A stretch of 64,000 nt of DNA from a virus: the IMG/VR virus record IMGVR_UViG_3300045988_126619, positions 32,001 to 96,000 of that record; one strand, 5' to 3'. The position numbers were made by a program, and so were the translations under genes. How positions within the stretch are numbered: the first letter of the stretch is position 1; each line of letters opens with the position of its first letter. Below are positions 19,148-27,501 of the stretch, in pieces. The notes below the pieces were generated by a model. It was given only the letters and a program-made list of their open reading frames with translations. It ran no database searches and had not been told where the DNA came from.

Positions 19148-19704
19148 GTTAACATATTTTTATAATAATCAATTTGTAATAATTGTCCCCTTAATTCATT
19201 ATAAAACTTATGCAATTTTGAATTATGGTATTTAAACCATTCTTCTTTATTATCTTCTACCATAAATCTTCTCATATCTGTAGCAGATATCTTTAATTTA
19301 CTTCTTGACACAATTATTTCCGTAATATCTTTTATATCCTCTCCATCAAACCATTTGGAACGACATTCCTCATTTCCATATATCATCAATTCGGGATATT
19401 TATATATATACTGTTTTGTTTTATCAAGTAAATATCTACCCCAATCAGTACATATATCATTTTCGTGTGATATATCAGCTATAGGTTTAACTATAACATT
19501 ATCACTTGGATAAATTTCTTTTATCATTCTAATTCTTGTAGCAACGTCAAATGGATTTCTTTCTGTTCCATCTTCTTGAGAAGAACCAACTAATATTAAT
19601 ATTCTATCAGCCATATTTAAAGCTGTATTAATCAGATTTTCATGACCTTGATGAATGATTTGAAATCTTCCACATAACATTGCTATATCATAATATCTAT
19701 TCAT
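19144..19704 (-). CDS. nicotinamide-nucleotide adenylyltransferase (NadM/NadR-type)
   Basis: GRFQIIHQGHENLI and ISATDMRR signatures. Confidence 0.8.
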   Translation of the reverse strand: MNRYYDIAMLCGRFQIIHQGHENLINTALNMADRILILVGSSQEDGTERNPFDVATRIRMIKEIYPSDNVIVKPIADISHENDICTDWGRYLLDKTKQYIYKYPELMIYGNEECRSKWFDGEDIKDITEIIVSRSKLKISATDMRRFMVEDNKEEWFKYHNSKLHKFYNELRGQLLQIDYYKNMLT

Positions 19705-19867
19705 ACGTTCCTCCTACTAATCTAAACATATTTCACCTAAGTTATATTGAATCGACTATTGCTGTAACTGTTCCAATTCTTTAAAATAATCCATTTCTAA
19801 AACCTCTTTTCGCATATTATTTTATTTTTTAAATTAAAATAGTTGTAAGAACCTGTCCCACAACTAT

Positions 19868-19896
19868 ATATTATCATTTATTTTATGCTTTGTCAA
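19868..19896 (-). promoter_or_regulatory. sigmaA-type promoter with motif in spacer
   Basis: TTGACA-17-TAATAT, spacer AAGCATAAAATAAATGA. Followed by leader hairpin 19843-19871. Confidence 0.6.
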
Positions 19897-19898
19897 CA

Positions 19899-20732
19899 TT
19901 ATTTTTTATAATATGCTTCAATTATTTCTTTAGGGATAAGTTCCATAGTTTCTATATAATTGATAACTTCATCAAATTTAACTATTGGAATATCATCAAA
20001 ACTTACAACATTAAAATGATTAAATACTTTGTCCTTATTTAATCTATGCTCTATACTTGTTCCGTAAATTCTTCTACCATAAAATTCACTTTCTCTTGCA
20101 ATCAACTTTTTACCATATACTTGTGTTGTTTTATTCCTTGAACCAATCATATTTTTAATATCTTCTACTGCCTTATGTGATTCTTCAACTTTTCTATTTG
20201 ATTCTTCTACAATAGTTTGTGCCTTTGATATTTCTGTACTTAAAGTAGTAACTACAGTTTGTGTAATCACAGGAACTATTGAGTTCATTACATTTACAGC
20301 TATATTTTGCATTTGCTCTGTATTAATACCTGCTACACCTTGTTCCGATACTTTTTCATCTAACTTAGCTAACCAATCTTTATATTCTGTAGCCTTTTGA
20401 TTGTGACATTCCATAGCTAATCTACTTGTCAAATATCTTGAACAGTATATTGAAGTTCTATCATCTGTGTTTTCTATTTCATCTAAAATATATGTAATTT
20501 CATTGATTAAATCCTCGTTTTCCTTTTGGTGCACATCGGTGCACTCTAATATTTTAGTTAATTTTTCAGAAACTCCTTTTGTCTTCCATCTTATTTTTAA
20601 ATTCCCATTAGTACCAATAGTGGTTAATCCTAATACTCTAGCAGAATTTGCTAAATTAATCATTTTAATTCCTTTGTCTGTTGTAATACTAATTTCTTGT
20701 CCTTCAAATAATTCTAATTGTTTTCCTACCAT
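19899..20732 (-). CDS. Bro-N/antirepressor-like DNA-binding protein
   Basis: N-terminal LELFEGQEISITTDKGIKMINLANSARVLGL resembles a Bro-N/Ant N domain. Weak call. Confidence 0.4.
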   Translation of the reverse strand: MVGKQLELFEGQEISITTDKGIKMINLANSARVLGLTTIGTNGNLKIRWKTKGVSEKLTKILECTDVHQKENEDLINEITYILDEIENTDDRTSIYCSRYLTSRLAMECHNQKATEYKDWLAKLDEKVSEQGVAGINTEQMQNIAVNVMNSIVPVITQTVVTTLSTEISKAQTIVEESNRKVEESHKAVEDIKNMIGSRNKTTQVYGKKLIARESEFYGRRIYGTSIEHRLNKDKVFNHFNVVSFDDIPIVKFDEVINYIETMELIPKEIIEAYYKK

Positions 20733-20744
20733 ATTTTATCTCTG

Positions 20745-20950
20745 CTACTCGAAATATGGACAAATATACCCATATTGAGATTTTTTACTGTTTCTTCGTA
20801 TCTCATTTTGTTCTATAGAACTACTTTGATTTGATATAATACTCCACAGTCGTAAATTCCCGACTAGCCATCGGTACATATCTATAATCACTTATTTTAT
20901 GCTATATTATAGATTTTTGCATCTCTCAAATTAAGACTTGCATTATAATC
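20745..20950 (-). ncRNA. candidate TnpB omega (re)RNA
   Basis: GC-richer structured stretch spanning the tnpB 3' end and downstream. It has CCGA-TGGCTAG-TCGG and GTCG-GGAATTTA-CGAC hairpins and the palindrome GTTCTATAGAAC. Boundaries are approximate. Confidence 0.4.
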
Positions 20951-22102
20951 TCTATCCTCAACGTACCCACATTCACATTTGTATATCCTATCACTAAGTT
21001 TTAAATCTTTCTTTATAGAACCACATTCATGACATAGTTTACTTGAAGGATAAAATCTATCAACAATTCTTAATTCAATTCCTAAAGCATTACATTTATT
21101 TGTTAACTTAGTTCTAAATTCATAAAACTTTTGTTGTGCTACTGCTTTAGATAAATGCTTATTCTTCATCATTCCTTTTACATTTAAATCTTCTATTGTA
21201 ACATAAGATGGTTTGTTTCTTATCACATCAGCTACAACTTTATTTATGTAATCAGTTCTTATATTTGTAAGTCTTTGGTGAAGTATTTGTACCTTAACTA
21301 TTTGTTTATGTATATTTTGTCTAGTAGCAACTCCTTTCTCTTTTTTATTTCTTATTTTTAAACTTTCATATTTCCTTGAGAGCTTTTTTTGTTCTCTTAA
21401 TAATTTCTTTTCTAATCTTTTAACTCTTTGAGTTTTATTTATATTTTTGTAATTTATTTTATTACTACAAATAGCAAAATCTTTAAGACCTAAATCAATA
21501 CCTACACCACAAGTATATTGCTTATTATCTATTGTTGGATTAACGTCAATAACTACTGACACATAATATCTATTAGCTTTTTTAGATACAGTTCCGCTAA
21601 CAACTTTTGCACTAACTGGAATATACCCATATTCTTTTAACCTTACATTCTTTAAAGTAGGTATCATTATTCTATGTCTGTCTACTTTCCAATCGCCTTT
21701 ATTATTTTTAGGAAAGTATATTTTAACATCAGATTTATTTTTCTTTTTAAATCTAGGAAATTTAGATTGACCTTTGAAGAATCTTTTGTATGCAGTTTCA
21801 GCATTTTGAATAGCTTTCTTTCTAGCTTTAGAACCACAATTATTTATCCATGTATATTCTTCTAAAACTTTAACTTCATTATTTATATATTTGTCAAAAT
21901 CATTAGCTGACATAAACGCTTGTTTTTTATCAATACAACCATCTTTGAATTGGTTATATAATTCATTATTTTTAGCCAAATATTCATTATACAACCATCT
22001 ACAAACTCCGATACTTTGATTAATCTTTTGTATCTGTTTTTGTGTTGGTTTTATTTCTACTTTGTAAGCTTTTAATCGCTTATCATTTATTCTGTGTTTC
22101 AT
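20897..22102 (-). CDS. tnpB: TnpB RNA-guided endonuclease (IS605 OrfB family)
   Basis: RuvC triad context GIDLGLKDF, IEDLNVKGM, DRDYNASLNL. Zinc finger CHECGS...CECG. Start set to ATG 22102 (AGAGGTG RBS). Confidence 0.85.
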   Translation of the reverse strand: MKHRINDKRLKAYKVEIKPTQKQIQKINQSIGVCRWLYNEYLAKNNELYNQFKDGCIDKKQAFMSANDFDKYINNEVKVLEEYTWINNCGSKARKKAIQNAETAYKRFFKGQSKFPRFKKKNKSDVKIYFPKNNKGDWKVDRHRIMIPTLKNVRLKEYGYIPVSAKVVSGTVSKKANRYYVSVVIDVNPTIDNKQYTCGVGIDLGLKDFAICSNKINYKNINKTQRVKRLEKKLLREQKKLSRKYESLKIRNKKEKGVATRQNIHKQIVKVQILHQRLTNIRTDYINKVVADVIRNKPSYVTIEDLNVKGMMKNKHLSKAVAQQKFYEFRTKLTNKCNALGIELRIVDRFYPSSKLCHECGSIKKDLKLSDRIYKCECGYVEDRDYNASLNLRDAKIYNIA

Positions 22103-22263
22103 ATTAATATCACCTCTTGAGTATATATTAACACATTCAAACACATTTGTCAACATTTTTATTAACTATTTTATCTCTCCTTTATAATTAATTTTATGTG
22201 GCTAGATATAATTTCTAACCACATTTATATCTTATCATTTATTTTATGTTCTATATACATTAT

Positions 22264-24072
22264 TTACATAAAATACTCCACTTCAAAATAATCATCTGTG
22301 AAAGTATTTCCTGTTCCTATTTCACATAATTCAAATGTTTCTTCTGCTCTTGTTACACCAACATAAAATGCACAAGCTTCTTCTACTATGTCTGCGTTCT
22401 TGCTAGGGAGTGTTCCATCCTCCACAGATACAAGAATAACCTTACGCCATTGTAATCCCTTAGAAGCGTGAATAGTGCGTAAACATATTTCATCTTTAGA
22501 TAATTTCTTTTTCTTTTTGCTTTGTTCAATATCTGAATATACGAATCTCAAAAATGAATCTAATGTGTTTGACTTAATGAATTTCTTAAAACTTTCCATT
22601 CCTGCTAAATGTTCATCAATACTTTCTTGTTCATCATATTTATCTTCAATAAAGGATACTATTTTGAATAATCTTTGTATCTTATTCACTAATGAATATA
22701 AATCTGTCCCATTATTGTGTAGAACTATTAAGTCTTTTATATTTTGAACAAATGTTCCTAGATTTCTTTTTACACTATAGTTACTACTTTGAAAAGTATT
22801 ACACGCTTGAAATAATGAAATATCATTTCTACTAGCATAATCAATTAATTCTCTAACTATGTTTTTTGCTATATATTTAAAAGGTTCTACTCTAATTTCC
22901 ATTAATTCTTCAATAGCGGAATCATCATTAGTATTTTGAATAAGTCTTAATATAGCTAAGAATATTCTTGATTCAGTTCTATTAAAGAATGAATTTGTCC
23001 CACTAATAGAGTAAGCAATATTTCTATTTTTTAATTCATTTTCAATTTCAAATGAACATTTATTTTTTCTATAAAGAATAGCAATTTGATTAGGTTCTAT
23101 CCCTTCTTCTAACCATTGTTGAACCTTATTTGCAACATAAACAGCTTGATAATCTACATCTATGAATGAATTTCTATTTATTGTACCATTTTCTTGATTA
23201 AAAGCTTCTGCATCTGCATATAAATCATCACAACCAAAATAATATCTTGAGAACACATTTGATTGTTCTACTATATTTTTACAAGAACGATAATTAATTT
23301 TTAATTTAACCACTTTAGCTTCTGGATATAACTTAACAAAATCCCTCATTATTGTTGGTAAACTTCCTCTAAATCCATAAAGAGATTGTTTAGTATCTCC
23401 TACCACACAAACATTACGAGAAGGGCATATAAGTTGCATAATTTTAACTTGTAAAGCGTTAGAATCTTGAAATTCATCTACCATTAAATATTTAACAGAA
23501 TATTTTCCTTCAATATCTTGAACTAATATTTGCATAGCTAATACTAACCAATCTTCAAAGTCATAACACTTATTTTCTTCCATTAAATCTTCATAAGCTT
23601 TGAAATATGCTCTTAAATTGTATTCATCATATTCACTTTCTTTTTCTGCAAAGCTATCAGAACTTGAATTATAACAATGATTTTTTTGATACCCAATCCA
23701 TGATAAAATATCCTTAACTAATATTTTATCGTCTAATCTTAAAGATTTAAACTTATTTTGAATAATATAGTTAGCAGGTGGTCTTTTATCTATATTTACC
23801 CCTTCTTGTATTAATATATTTCTACAAACACTATGGAACGTACCAACTCTAACATTATCATATCCTTTATCGCTTAATTTATTTTTTAAATCATTAGCTG
23901 ATTCATTAGTGAATGTAGTTAATAAAATATCTTCTTGATTTATACCTTGAGAAATCATATTTTCTATTCTACCTATAAGTAATGTTGATTTACCAGAACC
24001 CGCAGGTGCTGATACTATAACTGCTCCATCTATTTGATTAATTGCTTCTAATTGTTCTTTATTGAATCCCAT
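22264..24072 (-). CDS. UvrD/PcrA/Rep-family SF1 helicase
   Basis: APAGSGKST, TFHSVC, VDEFQDSN, VGDTKQSLYGFRG, NYRS, IHASKGLQW, YVGVTRAEE. Confidence 0.85.
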   Translation of the reverse strand: MGFNKEQLEAINQIDGAVIVSAPAGSGKSTLLIGRIENMISQGINQEDILLTTFTNESANDLKNKLSDKGYDNVRVGTFHSVCRNILIQEGVNIDKRPPANYIIQNKFKSLRLDDKILVKDILSWIGYQKNHCYNSSSDSFAEKESEYDEYNLRAYFKAYEDLMEENKCYDFEDWLVLAMQILVQDIEGKYSVKYLMVDEFQDSNALQVKIMQLICPSRNVCVVGDTKQSLYGFRGSLPTIMRDFVKLYPEAKVVKLKINYRSCKNIVEQSNVFSRYYFGCDDLYADAEAFNQENGTINRNSFIDVDYQAVYVANKVQQWLEEGIEPNQIAILYRKNKCSFEIENELKNRNIAYSISGTNSFFNRTESRIFLAILRLIQNTNDDSAIEELMEIRVEPFKYIAKNIVRELIDYASRNDISLFQACNTFQSSNYSVKRNLGTFVQNIKDLIVLHNNGTDLYSLVNKIQRLFKIVSFIEDKYDEQESIDEHLAGMESFKKFIKSNTLDSFLRFVYSDIEQSKKKKKLSKDEICLRTIHASKGLQWRKVILVSVEDGTLPSKNADIVEEACAFYVGVTRAEETFELCEIGTGNTFTDDYFEVEYFM

Positions 24073-24142
24073 TTTTAATACACTCTCTTTCTTGCTATCA
24101 TTTATTTTATGTGGTTAAGATATAATTCCTAACCACATATAT

Positions 24143-24171
24143 ATATTATCATTTATTTTATTCCTTGTCAA
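24143..24171 (-). promoter_or_regulatory. sigmaA-type promoter with motif in spacer
   Basis: TTGACA-17-TAATAT. The leader hairpin at 24109-24138 is followed by a second motif copy (24096-24110) before the helicase RBS. Confidence 0.6.
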
Positions 24172-24173
24172 CC

Positions 24174-24587
24174 TTATTCATTAGATTTTTTATACCATTT
24201 ACCTTCTTTTAATATTTTCTTACATATTGATGATGTATAACAGGCACTTAATTCTTCTAGGATTTCATCTAGTAAAAAGAAATCATCAAAATTTTCTGCA
24301 TCTATAATTCCATTACATTCAACTCTATATAAATCTCTATCATCATCAATAGCATCTGTAAAGTTTCCAACATATTCTCCAATATCTGAATATAATTCAA
24401 ATGTTGTATTAATTACAAAGCTGTTATAATCCCTTAATACTTCATAACTTTCATTATCATCACTAATTATTTCTAATGTATGATTACCACTTTCAATTCC
24501 TATTCTACAACGATAAGTATATCCTTTTGGTGTTGTAGCAATTAATTCTGTTCCTACTTCTTGATTTAAAGTTTCTATTATATTCAT
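24174..24587 (-). CDS. hypothetical protein
   Basis: ORF track, GGAGGAAT RBS. Confidence 0.6.
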   Translation of the reverse strand: MNIIETLNQEVGTELIATTPKGYTYRCRIGIESGNHTLEIISDDNESYEVLRDYNSFVINTTFELYSDIGEYVGNFTDAIDDDRDLYRVECNGIIDAENFDDFFLLDEILEELSACYTSSICKKILKEGKWYKKSNE

Positions 24588-24600
24588 AATTTAATTCCTC

Positions 24601-25218
24601 CTAACATTGTACAAACCATTTTGCTTGTAATATTTCATTTCCATCTATAATCTGATTATCTACATCTTTAAGTTCAAAGTTTTTATCTCCATCATAAATA
24701 GATGTAACGGTATCCCATATAGATTTAATTTTATTGCCTTTAACAAATTCTGCAACAGCTTCCATAAAGCTAACTTCTTTCCAACTATCTATTTTAACAA
24801 ATTTTGCATTAACATTAGTATCTGCTAAAGTCAAAGGACAACCATAATCACCATACCACGCAAGGAATTTATTTGAATAACCATCTACACATTCAACTAT
24901 TTCAACTATTTCATCTTCCACACTACCATCTTCATTTATAATTTTGAACCTAGTACCCACTTCCATGTTTCCTGCTTCAATAATGTTAAATTCTTCTTCA
25001 AGTTCAACTAAACCATCTAACATTTCATCTGTCCAAAAACAAACGTTTTCTTCAACACTATATCCATTAAAATTATATCCTTCACCTTCTTTGTGTACCC
25101 TTGAAATAGTTACCTCTGACCAATATTGCATATGTTTAGCAAACAAAATACCACCATATTCTCTATTAACTTCTAATCCTTTTTTTACCTTAACTTTATC
25201 TCCTACTTTATACTTCAT
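24601..25218 (-). CDS. hypothetical protein
   Basis: ORF track, AAGGAGAG RBS. Confidence 0.6.
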   Translation of the reverse strand: MKYKVGDKVKVKKGLEVNREYGGILFAKHMQYWSEVTISRVHKEGEGYNFNGYSVEENVCFWTDEMLDGLVELEEEFNIIEAGNMEVGTRFKIINEDGSVEDEIVEIVECVDGYSNKFLAWYGDYGCPLTLADTNVNAKFVKIDSWKEVSFMEAVAEFVKGNKIKSIWDTVTSIYDGDKNFELKDVDNQIIDGNEILQAKWFVQC

Positions 25219-25238
25219 ATTAATCTCTCCTTTTTTAT

Positions 25239-25325
25239 TTATTTATCATGATTAAATAACCATACAGCATAAAATAATACTGCTGTAGTACATATTGAAA
25301 TTACTTTTATTATGTTTTCATCCAT
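25239..25325 (-). CDS. small hydrophobic peptide (28 aa)
   Basis: ATG with AGAGGTG RBS directly after the motif at 25340-25354. Sequence MDENIIKVISICTTAVLFYAVWLFNHDK. Confidence 0.35.
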   Translation of the reverse strand: MDENIIKVISICTTAVLFYAVWLFNHDK

Positions 25326-25350
25326 TTAAACACCTCTTTTATCATTTATT

Positions 25351-25911
25351 TTATTTGTTGTCAATAATATTGAGTAATGTGATAATATCTTCAATGTCAT
25401 TCCAATTAGTACATCTAACTCCATCCCAATTTTTATTCCATTCATAATATCCAAAACAAATAGCATAATTTGCCACAGCACCACTTAAACATTCTATTTT
25501 ATCGTCTATTATAATATCACATGGAATAGCTTGTTTTTCTTCAAATCTATCCACAAACATTAACTTACAATTAGGAAAATATTTTGAAATAAATTCACTA
25601 GTTACTGGTTTTCTACTTTCTTCATGTTTACTACAGAATATAATTTCATGTTCTCCTGTTTTTGCTAATCTATTAATAGATTCTAATGCTCCATAAGTGA
25701 AATGTAAATATTTTTCATCATAGAACTTTTCATAATCGAAATACTGAAATAATTCACCTAATTCAGCTTTGTCTTTAACAATTGGATTTAAGTTCCAATC
25801 ATGATTTCTTGTATATACCAATTTATTGTTTGGATTATGGTCGTTATAAATTTTTACTAACATTTGTATACTTTCTATTATTGTTGAATCAATATCTATT
25901 ACTATCTTCAT
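25351..25911 (-). CDS. HAD-superfamily 5'(3')-deoxyribonucleotidase-like hydrolase
   Basis: N-terminal IDIDSTI (DxDxT). Size and layout resemble NT5C-type nucleotidases. Confidence 0.6.
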   Translation of the reverse strand: MKIVIDIDSTIIESIQMLVKIYNDHNPNNKLVYTRNHDWNLNPIVKDKAELGELFQYFDYEKFYDEKYLHFTYGALESINRLAKTGEHEIIFCSKHEESRKPVTSEFISKYFPNCKLMFVDRFEEKQAIPCDIIIDDKIECLSGAVANYAICFGYYEWNKNWDGVRCTNWNDIEDIITLLNIIDNK

Positions 25912-25945
25912 TTGTATCTCTCCTTCATATTTAACTTACAAATTT

Positions 25946-25974
25946 ATTATATCATTTATTTTATGTCTTTGCAA
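25946..25974 (-). promoter_or_regulatory. sigmaA-type promoter with motif in spacer
   Basis: TTGCAA-17-TATAAT, spacer AGACATAAAATAAATGA. Confidence 0.6.
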
Positions 25975-25994
25975 CATTTTATTTAATTAAATTT

Positions 25995-26549
25995 TCATTT
26001 TTGTGAATTGTATATTTTATCAACTACTAATCTGCTTATGATAGCTTCTAATATAACATCAGAGGTATTCTCATTTACATCAACATCAAAGTATGGTATC
26101 TCTAATTTATCAAGCCAATATCTAACTTTTGTATCATATTCAGTAGCTTCTTTTTTATCATGAAGTCTTCCAGTAGTCTTATATTCTACAGTTCTATTCA
26201 AGTATATGTTTAAATTATTAAATTGATTGAATTTAGTCAATACATATTGTCTAAAGTTTTCATCATCTTCTTCATCATAAACAATATCTAATAATATTGG
26301 TCTGTCAGTTATAATAACATCAACTTTGCCATTTATTCTAAATATTTTAAATAATTGTTTTCCAAAGATATAAGGTTGACATTTAAATATTTCTGAACGC
26401 CCTTCATAAACCATATCTTTAACATATTCTAATACTAATTCACAATCTAAACCTTTTTCTTTTAATAATGCAAATGTTTTGCAAGCTAGAGTTGATTTGC
26501 CAACTCCTGCTCCACCTAATAAATTAACAATCAAAGTTTTTTTCATCAT
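25995..26549 (-). CDS. P-loop NTPase / nucleotide-kinase-like protein
   Basis: GGAGVGKSTLA Walker A. Start set to the ATG overlapping the upstream stop (TAATG). Confidence 0.6.
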   Translation of the reverse strand: MMKKTLIVNLLGGAGVGKSTLACKTFALLKEKGLDCELVLEYVKDMVYEGRSEIFKCQPYIFGKQLFKIFRINGKVDVIITDRPILLDIVYDEEDDENFRQYVLTKFNQFNNLNIYLNRTVEYKTTGRLHDKKEATEYDTKVRYWLDKLEIPYFDVDVNENTSDVILEAIISRLVVDKIYNSQK

Positions 26550-26782
26550 TAATCCTCCCACGCTTTAGCATTGTTTATTTTATTATAAACATAATCAATT
26601 GTATATAATGGCATTGTTTCATATTCCTCTAATAAATCATTTAAACAGTGCATCCTGTCTTCTATAACTTTTATCAATACTTCTGAGTTGGTATTCATCA
26701 AATGAGATTCTAATTTAATCTTTTCATCAATAATTTTGTTCCTTTGTTCGTTTAGTTGCATAAAGGTTAATCCTTCTTTCAT
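26549..26782 (-). CDS. hypothetical protein
   Basis: Track ORF trimmed to ATG 26782 with AGGAGGAAT RBS. Confidence 0.5.
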   Translation of the reverse strand: MKEGLTFMQLNEQRNKIIDEKIKLESHLMNTNSEVLIKVIEDRMHCLNDLLEEYETMPLYTIDYVYNKINNAKAWED

Positions 26783-26793
26783 TTTAATTCCTC

Positions 26794-27105
26794 CTACCCT
26801 ACATATATACATATAAACTTTTTAAATTTTACTTTTTCTAATTCTTCTTTAGCTTTATTTTCAACAAATTCATAGTCATACTCATAATAATGTTCCCATA
26901 ATTCATCAATTAAACATTCTAAATAATCATCTTTATTCATCCAATGTTCACCATTCCATATTGCTAAATCATTGATAGAAACATTATAAACTTCTCCTTC
27001 TATACAACTATAATCATCAAAATCAATTGAATCATTAACGAATACTTTTATTTCTGCTGTTGGATTATCTTTAATTAATTGTTTTAATTCTTCTGAATAA
27101 TTCAT
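26794..27105 (-). CDS. hypothetical acidic protein
   Basis: Track ORF trimmed to ATG 27105. Motif at 27121-27135 plus GGGAG RBS lie upstream. Confidence 0.55.
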   Translation of the reverse strand: MNYSEELKQLIKDNPTAEIKVFVNDSIDFDDYSCIEGEVYNVSINDLAIWNGEHWMNKDDYLECLIDELWEHYYEYDYEFVENKAKEELEKVKFKKFICIYVG

Positions 27106-27310
27106 ATAAATCATCTCCCTTATCATTTATTTTATGTATTAATTATAACATAATAATTTATATAATACAAGTACAAAAATTTGTTTTTTTGAATAAAGTT
27201 TAAATATTATCTTTTTATTATTCTAACTCTACCAATAAAATATTATCTTTGTACTTGTAAAGTAATATATGAACGAATGTGAATATGTTACTTATTATAC
27301 TTAGAGTTTA

Positions 27311-27401
27311 TGCAACCTACCCTTCCCCTCCACTCTTGGAGGGAATACTCAACAATCCAGTAGATTGTTTCGTTGCAATAAAAAGCAAGCAATTTTATTG
27401 C
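27311..27401. ncRNA. GC-rich three-stem element plus overlapping hairpin (function unknown)
   Basis: P1 TGCAAC/GTTGCA encloses CCCTCCA-CTCT-TGGAGGG and AACAATC-CAGTA-GATTGTT. The next hairpin, GCAATAAAA-9-TTTTATTGC, shares bases with the P1 3' strand. Confidence 0.3.
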
Positions 27402-27501
27402 TAATTATACATAAATTATTATTTTTATATTTTGTACATTTATAAAAGTAATAATATATATAATATATATATTATAGGAATTACAAATGTACAAAAATAT
27501 T

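Larger units (their letters stand above)
20745..22170 (-). mobile_element. IS200/IS605-family element carrying tnpB only (IS1341-like), ends approximate
   Basis: tnpB has its own TTGACA-17-TAATAT promoter (about 22125-22153) and no tnpA. TATAGAACA is present at both flanks (about 22250 and about 20806). Confidence 0.55.

Noticed and set aside
27311-27401. Naming a riboswitch class (purine-like three-way junction)
   Set aside because: The junction sequences do not match the purine or any other class consensus I can recall. It is kept as an unclassified structured element.
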